From: Candidatus Latescibacterota bacterium
GTDB taxonomy: Bacteria > Latescibacterota > UBA2968 > GCA-2709665
Direction of reading: 5' to 3'
DNA length: 64,000 nucleotides
Assembly (NCBI GenBank): GCA_965203805.1
Contig: OZ241917.1
Coordinates: 4,896,001-4,960,000 of the forward strand
Shown here: positions 38,599 to 48,888 of the stretch, piece after piece
Numbering within the stretch: the stretch's first letter is position 1
Layout of the letters: each line of letters begins with the position of its first letter
Program-made: the position numbers and the translations under genes
The notes under the pieces: model-generated
Told to the model about the DNA's origin: nothing
Database searches by the model: none
Seen by the model: the letters and a program-made list of their open reading frames with translations, nothing else

Positions 38599-39636
38599 TT
38601 ACGGATCCATCATCTCACTCTCCGTATACTCCCGTACCTGGTTCCCGTTTCTCCCTCTCAGCCGGATGACGTGGTTCACGTCGAGGGTTTCGTTCTCCTT
38701 GGGCTCATCGCCCTTCTCCGTGTCAATTTGCGCCACGCTCTTGATCCCCTTGAATTTTTCGGCGCCGGCGATCGCCTTTGCATCACCGCCGTAGTAGTCA
38801 AACCAGGGCAGGCCCGCTTCCGTATATTCCTTCGCAGTCGGTGGCCTGGTCGGCGGCGGATCACCGGTGATTGCGAGCCACTGAGCGGAATTCACGATGG
38901 TGACGAAACATCGACTCGCGTGCACCTGATCCCACGCGTCGATGCCGTAATGATCGTCGTAGATTTCCTGTTTCATCCGGCCGCCCGGGGCAAGGCCCAT
39001 GCTTGGCATGCGTAAACATAGCATAGACGCCGAGGAAGTTTCGAAGAGATGAGAAAATTCGGCACGCGGAGCAATCAACTCCTCGTAGCGTTCGGCCTTC
39101 ATCGGATAGGCGACAATCTGAATCCCTCCGTACTCCGCGGCGCCCGTAAGCTGTTCCTCCACGGTGTAGTCCTCGCCCAGCGGCAGGGCGACGAACTGTC
39201 GGATCACGCCCTTTTCGATGCAATACCCGTCGAGCCAGGGCTGTTTGGGCACCACGACGTAGTCTTGTGGATCGCTACTCAATCCATTGAACCAGGTGTC
39301 GCCCGTGATCGCGCAGATCTTTCCTGCCGCTATTTTGATAGCGAACGGATAACTCTGGCGGTAACGATAACTGTTCGGCGACTCGAAGTTGATCCACATC
39401 GCTTCGGACTGGTGCATCGGCATGACCACACCGCCCCGCTTTTGCCATTCATCCGGCAGACGCGACACGTAGTCGTCCAGATGCCGCAACGGAAATCCTC
39501 CCAGACCGGGCGGCAAGGGATAGTCGCGTTCGTCATCGGGAATTCGTAACGTACGCTGGAATTCGATCCCGCAAACTGCATGTTTGTGAACGTCCGGAAA
39601 TCTGAAAACCAGTCTGCTGCGCTCAAGCGTGATCAT
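38599..39636 (-). CDS. Conserved hypothetical protein (FQRTLRIPDD / LPPGLG / GLPWFDYY family)
   Basis: Recognisable conserved motifs QPWLDG, YTVEEQLTG, MGLAPGG; AGGAG RBS. Confidence 0.8.
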   Translation of the reverse strand: MITLERSRLVFRFPDVHKHAVCGIEFQRTLRIPDDERDYPLPPGLGGFPLRHLDDYVSRLPDEWQKRGGVVMPMHQSEAMWINFESPNSYRYRQSYPFAIKIAAGKICAITGDTWFNGLSSDPQDYVVVPKQPWLDGYCIEKGVIRQFVALPLGEDYTVEEQLTGAAEYGGIQIVAYPMKAERYEELIAPRAEFSHLFETSSASMLCLRMPSMGLAPGGRMKQEIYDDHYGIDAWDQVHASRCFVTIVNSAQWLAITGDPPPTRPPTAKEYTEAGLPWFDYYGGDAKAIAGAEKFKGIKSVAQIDTEKGDEPKENETLDVNHVIRLRGRNGNQVREYTESEMMDP

Positions 39637-39670
39637 TGTCTCCTGCTCCCTTCGCCATGAAGGTTGCGAT

Positions 39671-40033
39671 TTACCAGTCTCCATCCCTTACTTCCCGCAC
39701 CACACGGAGGACGGCGTGATCCGGCGCCTCCTTAAGCTGCCTGATCAGCTCTGCAAACAGCCTCGGTCGCTTGCGGATGACTTCCAGGAGATCTCCCGAG
39801 ACCTTTCCGGCCATTGCCAGGAACACGTCCGGATCCTGGCCGAGTTCGTGCGCTAGTCGCACCGTGGTCTTTTCAGATGGCGGAGGCACGTCATTTCGCT
39901 CGATCTTGCTCAGGTAGGCCGGTTCAATCCCGATTCGATGGGCCACCTGGCGCAATGAAAAACGCCGGTCCTTGCTTCGGAGCTCCTCCCGAAGCTTTCG
40001 TACAAGATCGCCAAAATCCTCTGGATGTGTCAT
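39671..40033 (-). CDS. XRE-family transcriptional regulator
   Basis: FSLRQVAHRIGIEPAYLSKIERN. Confidence 0.88.
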   Translation of the reverse strand: MTHPEDFGDLVRKLREELRSKDRRFSLRQVAHRIGIEPAYLSKIERNDVPPPSEKTTVRLAHELGQDPDVFLAMAGKVSGDLLEVIRKRPRLFAELIRQLKEAPDHAVLRVVREVRDGDW

Positions 40034-40039
40034 GTGTCA

Positions 40040-40068
40040 TATATACTTTACACTATGCCATTTGTCAA
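40040..40068 (-). promoter_or_regulatory. Sigma70 promoter, leaderless geometry
   Basis: TTGACA-N17-TATATA ending 6 nt before the ATG at 40033. Confidence 0.6.
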
Positions 40069-40385
40069 GAAAAATAGATCAAAATGGCGAAGACGCGCGC
40101 CGAATCAATAGGGTAGACGGTTACGTACCTGATCAACTGTCAGGACGGTTGGTGCGGGATCTTCGTGCAGCCAATCAGGAAAAAACAGTGTGAGATATAG
40201 CGGCAGGAGGGTAGGCAGGTGAGGTGGAGCTCAAGGTTATTATTTCATGAGCTGAAGCGATACAGGGATAGGATATTTGGACGCATCAATTACTACGATG
40301 CGGATATAATTCAGCCGATTGGAAGAACTGCCACCGCTGTGCAAGACAAACGGCTGACATTTAAGGATTAACCAGGTAAAATGCC

Positions 40386-40667
40386 CTACTTGGTGTGTCC
40401 GTTATCAAGAAAAGGCGGGGGCGTCTGAAATCCTTCCGGACCCTTTTTTTTCTCGCTTTCAAACCATTGCTTTACCAATCTATCTCGTTCGTTTTGGCCC
40501 TTCTTCACACCTCTTTCAAATTGCCATTTCTTGAACGCCTCGGTAAGTACAAACACGAAATCCACCCCCTTCAAGATGAAAAAAGCAGTCGTAGCGGCAA
40601 ATACACCGATACTCAGAAGATCCTTTACGGTTTCAAAACCCCATTGTATTTCAATCGGCGCGCGCAA
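40386..40667 (-). CDS. Small hypothetical membrane protein
   Basis: 93-aa ORF with one hydrophobic segment; its start lies within a repeat. Confidence 0.35.
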   Translation of the reverse strand: MRAPIEIQWGFETVKDLLSIGVFAATTAFFILKGVDFVFVLTEAFKKWQFERGVKKGQNERDRLVKQWFESEKKKGPEGFQTPPPFLDNGHTK

Positions 40668-40740
40668 ACTAACAGTTTGCGCTACGGAAAACGCAGGTAA
40701 CGCTTAGAAAGCGCTTGCGAAAACGAGCGAGTTAAAGCGC
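40658..40740 (+). repeat. GTAG-type REP repeat unit, copy 1
   Basis: GCGCAAACTAACAGTTTGCGCTAC (reverse complement GTAGCGCAAACTGTTAGTTTGCGC) plus tail; copies at about 40958 and 43268. Confidence 0.8.
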
Positions 40741-40923
40741 GAGCATTTCGACAGGCTCAATGAGACCGCGCTTGACTACCGCTGGGTGCTTTATAGCTCC
40801 TCGCCGACCCTTCGTCAAGCTCAGGGAGTGGCTCGGGACCCCCCACCGGCGCGGCTGCCTGTCTGCCGGGCCAACGGCACAGGCAGGCGGGCTGGCGGTC
40901 TTGCCATGTCGCTTCACCTCAGC

Positions 40924-41040
40924 GGGGGAGTGATGGAGAGGCGAGGTGCGAAATTGACGCGCGCAAACTAACAGTTTGCGCTACGGAAAACGCGGGTAAC
41001 GCGCAGGGAGCGCTTGCGAGAACGAGCGAGTCGAAGCGCC
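40924..41040 (+). repeat. GTAG-type REP repeat unit, copy 2
   Basis: GGGGGAGTGATGGAGAGG...GCGCGCAAACTAACAGTTTGCGCTACG...AAAACGCGGGTAACGC. Confidence 0.8.
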
Positions 41041-41349
41041 CTTTGTGCGTAAATAAATGAGACAATTTCCGTTCAAGAATTAAGCAATTATGAACAGGGC
41101 TAAGGAGTACCGAACGATGAGGGATGTATCAGTAGTGACGCTTGGGCGAGACGGGATGGAGAACGCGTGTGTTACGCAGCTTCTTTTAATTCAAGAAATT
41201 ACCGCTTTACTAGAATCTTTAATAAGGTTTCCAGAATGCATAAAGACATATTAAAGACAAGTATTTGTAAAATATAAGGATTTCCGGTCTACCTTTTATA
41301 AACCACTTCTATTCAGCCTCGATTTATTCTACCAAGAAATCCTTCCTTG

Positions 41350-43014
41350 TTACGCCTCTGTAAGTACCCATGCTGGTTGAGAGCGGGTTCCCTGGTTGAC
41401 AATCAAGCCGGAGCGACGCAGTTCCTGTATGAGATTCTGAACTTTCCTATTCTTCTGCTTGTCTAACAGCCGATCAGGAAGCTTCGGCATCAGTGCCTGA
41501 TCGATATCTCTGCGATCAACCGGACCATACTCTCGTACCAAGGCCAAAATTAGATCCAGGTAGTACTGCTTGTCAAGCCCAGTTTCTCGGATGTGACGAC
41601 CAGCGTCGCCCGTCGCTTTGGCAATCGATCCAGCGACTACAAGGTTCGGGTAACGGCCTTCAACGAGGCCGGTGGACTTGAGATAGCGATGATCTTTCCG
41701 ATCAATACGCAGACCCTTCTGCACGTGATCAAGAAGCATGGCCTGAGCAAGACTCAGATCGGTGCGTTCCATGAGAAGCCGAGTGTAGTACTCGTCAAGG
41801 ATTCGACCATGAATGTGCACAGCTACGCTGCCGATCTGACTCAAATCGTAGTCCGGGAGCGGGAAAAAGCGTCTCCTCTGCGTATCGAACATGCGCTTAA
41901 TGCCGCCACCCTGCGTGTCAATCAGGTTTAGTTCAACCATCGCGTCGGCCAGGAATGGATTGCGGTAGATTGCCTGAGGGGCGTCCTGTCGGATGACCGT
42001 CTCGACGTCGCCGGGCAGAAAATCGCCGACATTGGTCAGCAGGATTCGGTCGGGAAATTCGACGACGACTATCCGTCCGCGCAGATGATAGTCCTGATGT
42101 GCGATGCAGTTATGCAGGGCCTCCCGGATTACCCATTGGTCGTACTGGGTAATTTCCTGAGGGAAAAGAGTCCCACTCGGAAGGGCGCGTACAGTGAGGT
42201 TGCGAACGCGCTTAAGCAGGCGATCTCCGGCAAGCAGGAACGGCGGCGCGATATGCATATAATCCAACTCGCGTTCGTGGTCGTCTTTGAGCACCTATGA
42301 GATCTTGGCTACCATCGGCGCGAGAAAAGTCGATGATTCCGGTCGCCCCAACAACAGTAGAGCAGCGTTTGTCACTTCACCTTGCCTTAAAATTCGGGCT
42401 TTGTTGAGAAACGTCGCGTTGTCCCATTCCTTGGCTACTTCCGCCTGCGCTGGATGCTTGACGGCAAACTGTTCTCGTGCCGTTACCAGCGCATCAGGGT
42501 CAAGATCATCAAGTCCCGCCTGTTCGCAAACCAAGGAGGACCAGTCGCTTCCCCGCGTCCAAATCACACGCGCCTTTTCTGGATGCCTACCGAGTTCGGT
42601 CTTGCTGGCACCTACACGTACGTATGCCTTCCCGTAAAAGCTAATCGGCTGGTCTCTTGCGGCCCTGACCTCGAAGACAACAACCCGGCCATCCGGATGA
42701 TCAATAACACGTGGCTCGAATCCAATATTCGGACGCAGCCCCGCCCCAATCCATGGTAATAGATCCTGATTGCCCTTCGCTTTGGTTTTATAAGGATCGA
42801 AATCCGTACCGACGACTTCATGAGTGTCATCGTCGATACCGAAAACCAGATAACCGGCAGGCTGTGCAATGATGCAGGCCGAATTGGCAAGTGCAGACAG
42901 ATACTCCCCGATTTGATGGGGTTCGTAGCGGTTGCGCTTGAACTCAAACCACTCGGTCTCTGCTGACAGACTGCGCAACTCGTCAATGCGCGCAATGTCC
43001 CAGCTATTACTCAT
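41350..43014 (-). pseudogene. AlbA_2 (Schlafen) + HATPase + wHTH protein interrupted by an in-frame TAG
   Basis: ETEWFEFK and LSALAN in the first half, IREALHNCIAHQDY and YRNPFLA in the second; same frame, KIS*VLKD with TAG at 42295-42297. Confidence 0.85.
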
Positions 43015-43232
43015 GGCATAGTTACCCGACGAACATCTGTCACGCTGGTCAAAATCACATGAAATACTACATTCGCCTGGAATCTCGAGTTCGACATGTC
43101 GAAACGAGTTTGCGAAAGAGAATGAGTCGAAGGGCCGAACCTTCGGCCATCCGGCAAGATCAGGAAACTGTTTCAGGCCCCCCACCGGCTCGGCTGGGGA
43201 CTGGCGCCCTTGCCTGGCCGATTCCCCCTCAA

Positions 43233-43315
43233 GGGGGAGTGATGGAGAGGTGAGGGTGCGTAATCAACGCGCGCAAACTAACAGTTTGCGCTACGAAAAC
43301 GCGGGTAACGCTCAG
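43233..43315 (+). repeat. GTAG-type REP repeat unit, copy 3
   Basis: Direct repeat of 40924-41005. Confidence 0.8.
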
Positions 43316-43327
43316 GCGAATGCTCGG

Positions 43328-44110
43328 CTACGGCCAGACCTGGGGGAAGTGTTCGCCTTCCATCGGCGCGCCGTTAGGGACCTCAACGAAGGGTTTCATG
43401 ACGTGCTGTCCGGACGCCACGTAACGTGTCTCGTCGGTCATATAGTGGATGGCGATGGCGCGGCGGGGGCGTTGGCTCGTGTTGGCGTGGGACCCGTGCC
43501 ATGTCAGCGCGTGGTGGTAGTGCACCTCGCCCTTTCTCACAGGACACCTGACGATTTCCACGCGGCGTCCGTTCCATTCCCCTGGCATGTCCTCGTAGTT
43601 CTCAACCGACCTGATGAATTCAATCTGGTTTCCCCACCGATGAGATCCCGGGACCATACTCATACATCCGTTCTCCTCGTCCACGTCGTCCAGGGCCACC
43701 CACGCGCTCACCTCCGTCATCGGCTCGATAATCGGCCACAGGGGCGCATCCTGGTGCCACATGGTGACGCCGCCCCGCTCCGCGGGCTTGTACTGGATCT
43801 GATCGTGCCACACCCGCAACCGCTTCGCGCGGGTCAGTTGAGCCACATCCTCCACGATCCTGCGAATGCCGATCAGTTCCCTGAACGGATCGCTCGCGGC
43901 CCAGATATTGACGATCTGCCAGACCGGCGTCTCCGGATTCCGGTTCAGGTTTCGCAGGTGGACAGGCTGCGGCACGTCCGTCCGGTCCCTGTCGGCGATG
44001 ACCCGATCCAGTTCGCGCCGTAGCGAGTCAACCCTGTCGCCGTCCAGGAGCCGACCTCCGTTCAGGAAGCCGTGTTCGTGAAATTCGGAGATCTGTGCTT
44101 CGGTCAGCAT
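43328..44110 (-). CDS. Phytanoyl-CoA dioxygenase (PhyH) family protein
   Basis: WHQD, SAWVALDD, HHALTWHGSHAN. Confidence 0.92.
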   Translation of the reverse strand: MLTEAQISEFHEHGFLNGGRLLDGDRVDSLRRELDRVIADRDRTDVPQPVHLRNLNRNPETPVWQIVNIWAASDPFRELIGIRRIVEDVAQLTRAKRLRVWHDQIQYKPAERGGVTMWHQDAPLWPIIEPMTEVSAWVALDDVDEENGCMSMVPGSHRWGNQIEFIRSVENYEDMPGEWNGRRVEIVRCPVRKGEVHYHHALTWHGSHANTSQRPRRAIAIHYMTDETRYVASGQHVMKPFVEVPNGAPMEGEHFPQVWP

Positions 44111-44151
44111 CGCTCTGCATTCCTTTTGAGAAGGGAATTCGATCATTCCTG

Positions 44152-44964
44152 TTACGGCGTACCCGCGAGGACCGGATGCAGCGGATGTTCCCATGGCCCG
44201 CCCGCCGTCATCTCGTCGCCGGCCCCGGCCGCTTCGCTTCCTCCCGTGAACCGGACGAAATCGGGAATGTAGATAACCGCGAACGCCCGTCGGGGATGTT
44301 CGGTCTGGTTGGCGCCCGCGTGATGGAAGTTGCAGCCGTGATGAAAGGTCACCCCGCCCGCGGGCATCTCCATCACGACGGGTTCGGCCACCTCGTGCCC
44401 CCTCTCCGCCATCTTGTCCACGATGCTCTCACCGGCTACACCCAGCGCGATCGGCTCCTGCGGGCCCAGTTTATGCGAGCCCGGCACAAAGTGAAGGCAT
44501 CCGTTTTCGACTGTTACGTCATCCACAGCTACCCAGGCAGACAGCGCGCCGTCCGGCTCCATGGGCCAGTAGGGCAGATCCTGGTGCCAGTTGGTCGCGC
44601 GGCTGCCGGCCCCGCCGGGTTTGACCATGGCGTGGTCGTGATAGATACGCACGTGACGGCAGCCCGTGAGGCGCCGCGCGGTTTCGGCCAGCGCGCGGCT
44701 GAACGAATAGGCTTTCACGCACGGGAAATCCGTCCAGAGATTCACCATCTGGTTGAAGACCTTCTCGTACGCCTCGGAACTCCGACCCCCGCCCGGCGCG
44801 CCGACAATCCGCTCCCTGTTGGTCTCGATTGCCCTGTCGATGGCCTCCCTCAACGCCGCCACCTCGTCTCGTGAGAAAAACCCGGGATACGCGATATATC
44901 CGTTTTCCCGGTAAAACAACTCGTCGCCGGGCGTCGCGGGGCTTTGTTTTTCCTCAACCTTCAT
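44152..44964 (-). CDS. Phytanoyl-CoA dioxygenase (PhyH) family protein
   Basis: WHQD, NGCLHFVPGSH, HHAGAN. Confidence 0.92.
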   Translation of the reverse strand: MKVEEKQSPATPGDELFYRENGYIAYPGFFSRDEVAALREAIDRAIETNRERIVGAPGGGRSSEAYEKVFNQMVNLWTDFPCVKAYSFSRALAETARRLTGCRHVRIYHDHAMVKPGGAGSRATNWHQDLPYWPMEPDGALSAWVAVDDVTVENGCLHFVPGSHKLGPQEPIALGVAGESIVDKMAERGHEVAEPVVMEMPAGGVTFHHGCNFHHAGANQTEHPRRAFAVIYIPDFVRFTGGSEAAGAGDEMTAGGPWEHPLHPVLAGTP

Positions 44965-45117
44965 TGGAGTCTCCCTGAATCGCATTCCGCGCGCATCCAT
45001 ATCCCACCAAAAAAAACCGCCGATATCCGATGCCCAAAATACGCATTTCCGGCATTGGTACCAACGGTTATCTGGAATGTCGGATTCCTGCGGCCGATGG
45101 ATTCCAGGCCCGGCGGT

Positions 45118-45318
45118 TCAATAGGCGATCCGATGTTTATCGCGGACAATAAGCCGGTAGCCCAGGTAGATCAACAAAAGCGGAACGGCGAGCTTGATCG
45201 CGAACCAGATCAGGCCCAACGCGATGCCGATGAGTCCGCCCAGCAGAAACAGCGCAACCAGCCCGCCGGCAGCCAGCAGACAGAATCCCAGGAATTTTAC
45301 CACGGATTTACCCTCCAC
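45118..45318 (-). CDS. Small hydrophobic membrane protein downstream of pspA
   Basis: Two TM helices; GGAGG RBS. Confidence 0.65.
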   Translation of the reverse strand: MEGKSVVKFLGFCLLAAGGLVALFLLGGLIGIALGLIWFAIKLAVPLLLIYLGYRLIVRDKHRIAY

Positions 45319-45549
45319 GAGAAATAGCTTTCAGCAGTCAGCGGTCAGCCGTCAGCCAAAAGCAAAAGGCGAAAGCAACGTCAAGAGCGCCGCTGACAGC
45401 ACCGATGTTGAATCTGAAGAGGCGGTTCGAGAACCGCTCACACAGCAGCGCAGGATCAACGAATCCCTTACCAACTACACATGGCAAGCCCGGTTGCGCG
45501 AAGACGTCATCTCCCGTCTCACGTCTCCCCTCTCCCCATCATAATGCAG

Positions 45550-46224
45550 TCAACTGTCATCGGCCAGCTTCTGTTTCATCGACTTCAACTGCGCCTCGAT
45601 CCGCTGCTTGCGCGCCAACGCTTCACAACGTTCGTCGAGGTCCGCGTCCTTACCGGCGATTTCCACATAAATCTCCGCCGCAGCCTCTTCATGGTCAACC
45701 CGCCGGCAGAGCGCGTCAAACCGCTCGAATGCCTCTTCGTCGATCCGAACCCGGGAACCCGCGGCGGAGACGTATCCTCCCGCCGCGCGGCTTCTGGCCA
45801 GGAGGGTCCTTCGACGCGCCGTGGCCTCCCGGAGACGTTGCTTCAGTTGCGCGCATTGCCGCTCGAGTTGTCCGGTCGCTTTCCCGGCTTCGGCCAGCGC
45901 CTTCTCAAGCGCTGCAACTTCCGCCTCCACCTCTGTCTTCCGCTCCAGGGCCAGGCGGGCCAGATCGTCGTCGCCCTGCGAGACGGACCGCACGGCCGTT
46001 CGGTTCCAGGCTGCCGCATCCGCCTGCCGCGCCTTCAGCCTTCGTTCAAGAAGCCGCTTGCCTGCCATGGCTTCGGCAACGGCGGTGACGGCATCGTTCA
46101 CGGCGTCCTCCATCTCCGTCAACATCAGGCGCGACATCTTCTCCGGGTCTTCGATCCGGTTCAGCAGATCGTCCACGTCCGCCCGGATGATATTTCCGAT
46201 CCGCGACAATGTGCCCCCTGCCAT
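45550..46224 (-). CDS. pspA: PspA/IM30 family protein
   Basis: SRIGNIIRA...IEDPEKM, DDLARLALERK, coiled coil. Confidence 0.9.
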   Translation of the reverse strand: MAGGTLSRIGNIIRADVDDLLNRIEDPEKMSRLMLTEMEDAVNDAVTAVAEAMAGKRLLERRLKARQADAAAWNRTAVRSVSQGDDDLARLALERKTEVEAEVAALEKALAEAGKATGQLERQCAQLKQRLREATARRRTLLARSRAAGGYVSAAGSRVRIDEEAFERFDALCRRVDHEEAAAEIYVEIAGKDADLDERCEALARKQRIEAQLKSMKQKLADDS

Positions 46225-46296
46225 GAGAGTCTCCTTTCACAAGTGGGTGATCTATCGACTACCGCGGATGGTTTTGTCCATCCTTCCCCCTGTGAA

Positions 46297-46312
46297 TACA
46301 AATGGCGTGCCA
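46297..46312 (-). promoter_or_regulatory. Sigma54-type promoter of pspA
   Basis: TGGCAC-N5-TTGTA (consensus TGGCAC-N5-TTGCW). Confidence 0.6.
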
Positions 46313-46512
46313 GAAGTTCAATGTGAGAATAAATTAATGTTTAATAAAGGTTTATAGAGAACATAAAAAAATACCGCCCGGGATGTTGGCGCGAAACGCC
46401 TACCCGGGCGGCCGAATTCACCTCTTCAGAAGCAGTGAAAGCGAAGAATATAAACGTGAGACAAGGCGAGATAGGCCGTTGGTGTGGTCTTCTTCCTTCA
46501 CTGTCTTTGGTA

Positions 46513-47628
46513 CTATGACGCCGCGCTAGCGCCCGCCAGCGACCTCGCCCCGTGCGTGGGCTTGCCGCCGGAGCGGCGCGCCTGGATGAGTTCGGAGACC
46601 ACGCTGATGGCAATTTCCTCCGGGGAATCCGCGCCGATGTCCAGCCCGATGGGCGCGTGAATCTCGTCGAGGCGCTCCCTGCTGATTCCCTTCGCCTCCA
46701 GTTCCTTCCACATCAACGCAATCTTGCGCCTGCTGCCGATCATGCCGATGTAGGCGGCGTCCGTCCATACCGCCTGTTCCACCACCGGCTTGTCGTGCTG
46801 GTGTCCCCGGGTCACCGCCACGATATAGGACAGGTCGTCGATTTCCAGATGTTCGAACGCCGTCTCCATGTCCAGCGTGAGGGTCTCGCCCGCCATCGGA
46901 AAGCGCTCCTTATTGGCGAACATGGGGCGGTCGTCGATGACGACGATTCGAAAGCCCACGGTGGCCGCGATCCGGGCGATGGCGAACGAAACGTGCCCGC
47001 CGCCGAACAGGTAGAGCGTGGGCTCCGGGCAGACCGACTCCATGAAGACCTTCAAGGGGCCGCCGGAATCGGCCGCGTCCAGCGAGACCACCTCCAGCAG
47101 GTCCTCCGGGATCGTTTCCATTTCCGCCACTTCGCTCAGGATCGCGTTGTCGGCCTCCGGGCACCCCAGCGACCCCACGGTTGTCCCGTCGGCGCGCACC
47201 AGCAGCTTGGCGCCCCACTTCGAGGAATCCCCTCCGGACACGAGTGTGGCCAGCACCGCCGATTCCCGTGTCTTTCGGACCTCCGCCACGGTCTCGAGCA
47301 TGTCTTCGGACTGTCCCCGGTACAGAGGCTCCGTGAAAATCTCAACGTTGCCACCACAGTTCAATCCGTTTTCGCCCGCATGTTCCTCGGTCAGGATAAA
47401 GCGCTGAAGCGTGGGAACACCCGTTTCCATCACGTCACGGGCTTCGGCCCAGACGTCCGCCTCGAGGCAGCCGCCGCCAACCGTACCCACAATCTGGCCG
47501 TCGGGACGAACCAGCATCTTGGCCTTCTTGCTCATCGGCAAGGATCCCTTGCTGGAGACAATCGTTGACAGCGCCGCATTCTGTCCCGACGAAATCAGGT
47601 CCAGGGCTTCTGAAAAAACGTCTTTCAT
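46513..47628 (-). CDS. xdhC: XdhC/CoxF-family molybdoenzyme accessory protein
   Basis: GTVGGGCLE, CGG, FGGGHV, YIGMIGSRRK, PIGLDIGADSPEEIA. Confidence 0.92.
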   Translation of the reverse strand: MKDVFSEALDLISSGQNAALSTIVSSKGSLPMSKKAKMLVRPDGQIVGTVGGGCLEADVWAEARDVMETGVPTLQRFILTEEHAGENGLNCGGNVEIFTEPLYRGQSEDMLETVAEVRKTRESAVLATLVSGGDSSKWGAKLLVRADGTTVGSLGCPEADNAILSEVAEMETIPEDLLEVVSLDAADSGGPLKVFMESVCPEPTLYLFGGGHVSFAIARIAATVGFRIVVIDDRPMFANKERFPMAGETLTLDMETAFEHLEIDDLSYIVAVTRGHQHDKPVVEQAVWTDAAYIGMIGSRRKIALMWKELEAKGISRERLDEIHAPIGLDIGADSPEEIAISVVSELIQARRSGGKPTHGARSLAGASAAS

Positions 47629-47692
47629 CAGAACCACCCCCTTCAGTTGGGATGCCGGGTTTGGGATTCGGTGATTTTGAGTATCGACGGTC

Positions 47693-48856
47693 TCATCGCC
47701 AGACCGAACGCAACGTCTTCGCCAGTTGCACGAGACTCTCCAGATTGTGCGCGGCCATGAAATGATCCAGGTAAGGCAACGCCGTCTTCATGCCCAGACA
47801 AAGCGGCTGGTACCCGGGGCTGCCCAACAAAGGGTTCAGCCACATCAGCTTATGGACGCGTCTGCGCAGGCGCTCCATTTCGCGCCGCATGAGGTCCGCG
47901 TCTCCGCGGTCCCAGCCGTCGCTGACGATGATCATGACGGTCTTGGCTTTCAACATCTCCCGGGCGAACCGGTCGTTGAACTCCCGCAGACAGCCGCCTA
48001 TATCCGTTCCCCCGGCCCAGTCGTGGACCGTATCGGCTACTTCCCGGAGCGATTCTTCCACGCTCTTGTTCTTCAGCAGCCTGGAGATCGGGGTCATCCG
48101 CGTGGAAAAAACCCCCACCTCGACGTCGCGTATTTCCCGCTTCAGCGCGTAGATGAATTGAATCAGGAACTGGCTGTAGCAGTCCATTGACCCGCTGACG
48201 TCGCACAGCAGCATCAGCTTCGTTTTCTTGATCCGCCGCCTGCGCCTGGCGAGGGCGACGCCGTCCCGCCCGTAAAGGGCGTTTCTGCGCCAGGTCCTCC
48301 TGAAGTCGATCTCCACGCCGCGTTTCTGCGGCTCCCTGCGCCGGCTGCGCCGGTTGGCGATGATGTCGACGATCTGCGCGATGACCTGCCGGGCCTTCTC
48401 GATTTCCTTGTCGTTCATCGCGGCCAGATCCTTGTGCATCAACACTTCATCGGGGCTGTACCCAATCTCGTCGGAATCGCCCTCTCCCTCCGGCTCCTCC
48501 TCTTCCTCGGTCACGGTGTCGACCGGTTCATCCAGTTGATCCGACACTTCGAGGTTCTGATCGTCGGCGTCCTCGTCTGTGACTTCCATCTCCATGGTAC
48601 TGATTGGAGCACTCCAGAATGCGTGAAAAACGCGATCGAACGTTTCCAGATCGTCGAAGCGGGACACCAGCGTGGCCCGTGCTGCCGCGTAGAAATCCCC
48701 CCGCCTGCCGATTTCGATAAACCTGAAACTCTGGCAGAAGTCGATCAGATTGCCGGAATTCACATCCACACCGGCCCTGTGCAATGCCCGAGAAAAGGCC
48801 ACGACCCGGCCCATCATGCTCCTGTTTTCGACCTTTTCCGTGTTCATAAGGTCCAT
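47693..48856 (-). CDS. coxE: CoxE-like VWA domain protein
   Basis: DVSGSM MIDAS, WAGGTDIG, SDGWDRG, WLNPL. Confidence 0.88.
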   Translation of the reverse strand: MDLMNTEKVENRSMMGRVVAFSRALHRAGVDVNSGNLIDFCQSFRFIEIGRRGDFYAAARATLVSRFDDLETFDRVFHAFWSAPISTMEMEVTDEDADDQNLEVSDQLDEPVDTVTEEEEEPEGEGDSDEIGYSPDEVLMHKDLAAMNDKEIEKARQVIAQIVDIIANRRSRRREPQKRGVEIDFRRTWRRNALYGRDGVALARRRRRIKKTKLMLLCDVSGSMDCYSQFLIQFIYALKREIRDVEVGVFSTRMTPISRLLKNKSVEESLREVADTVHDWAGGTDIGGCLREFNDRFAREMLKAKTVMIIVSDGWDRGDADLMRREMERLRRRVHKLMWLNPLLGSPGYQPLCLGMKTALPYLDHFMAAHNLESLVQLAKTLRSVWR

Positions 48857-48888
48857 CCCGTGGAAACGTCCGTTGTTCTATCGTGCGG

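Noticed and set aside
42295-42297. Programmed TAG readthrough or recoding
   Set aside because: TAG ends other genes here normally; a single TGG-to-TAG change is the simpler explanation.
40658-43315. Possible CRISPR array from three similar repeats
   Set aside because: Irregular spacing (about 300 bp and 2.3 kb), REP-like GTAG hairpin, no cas genes.
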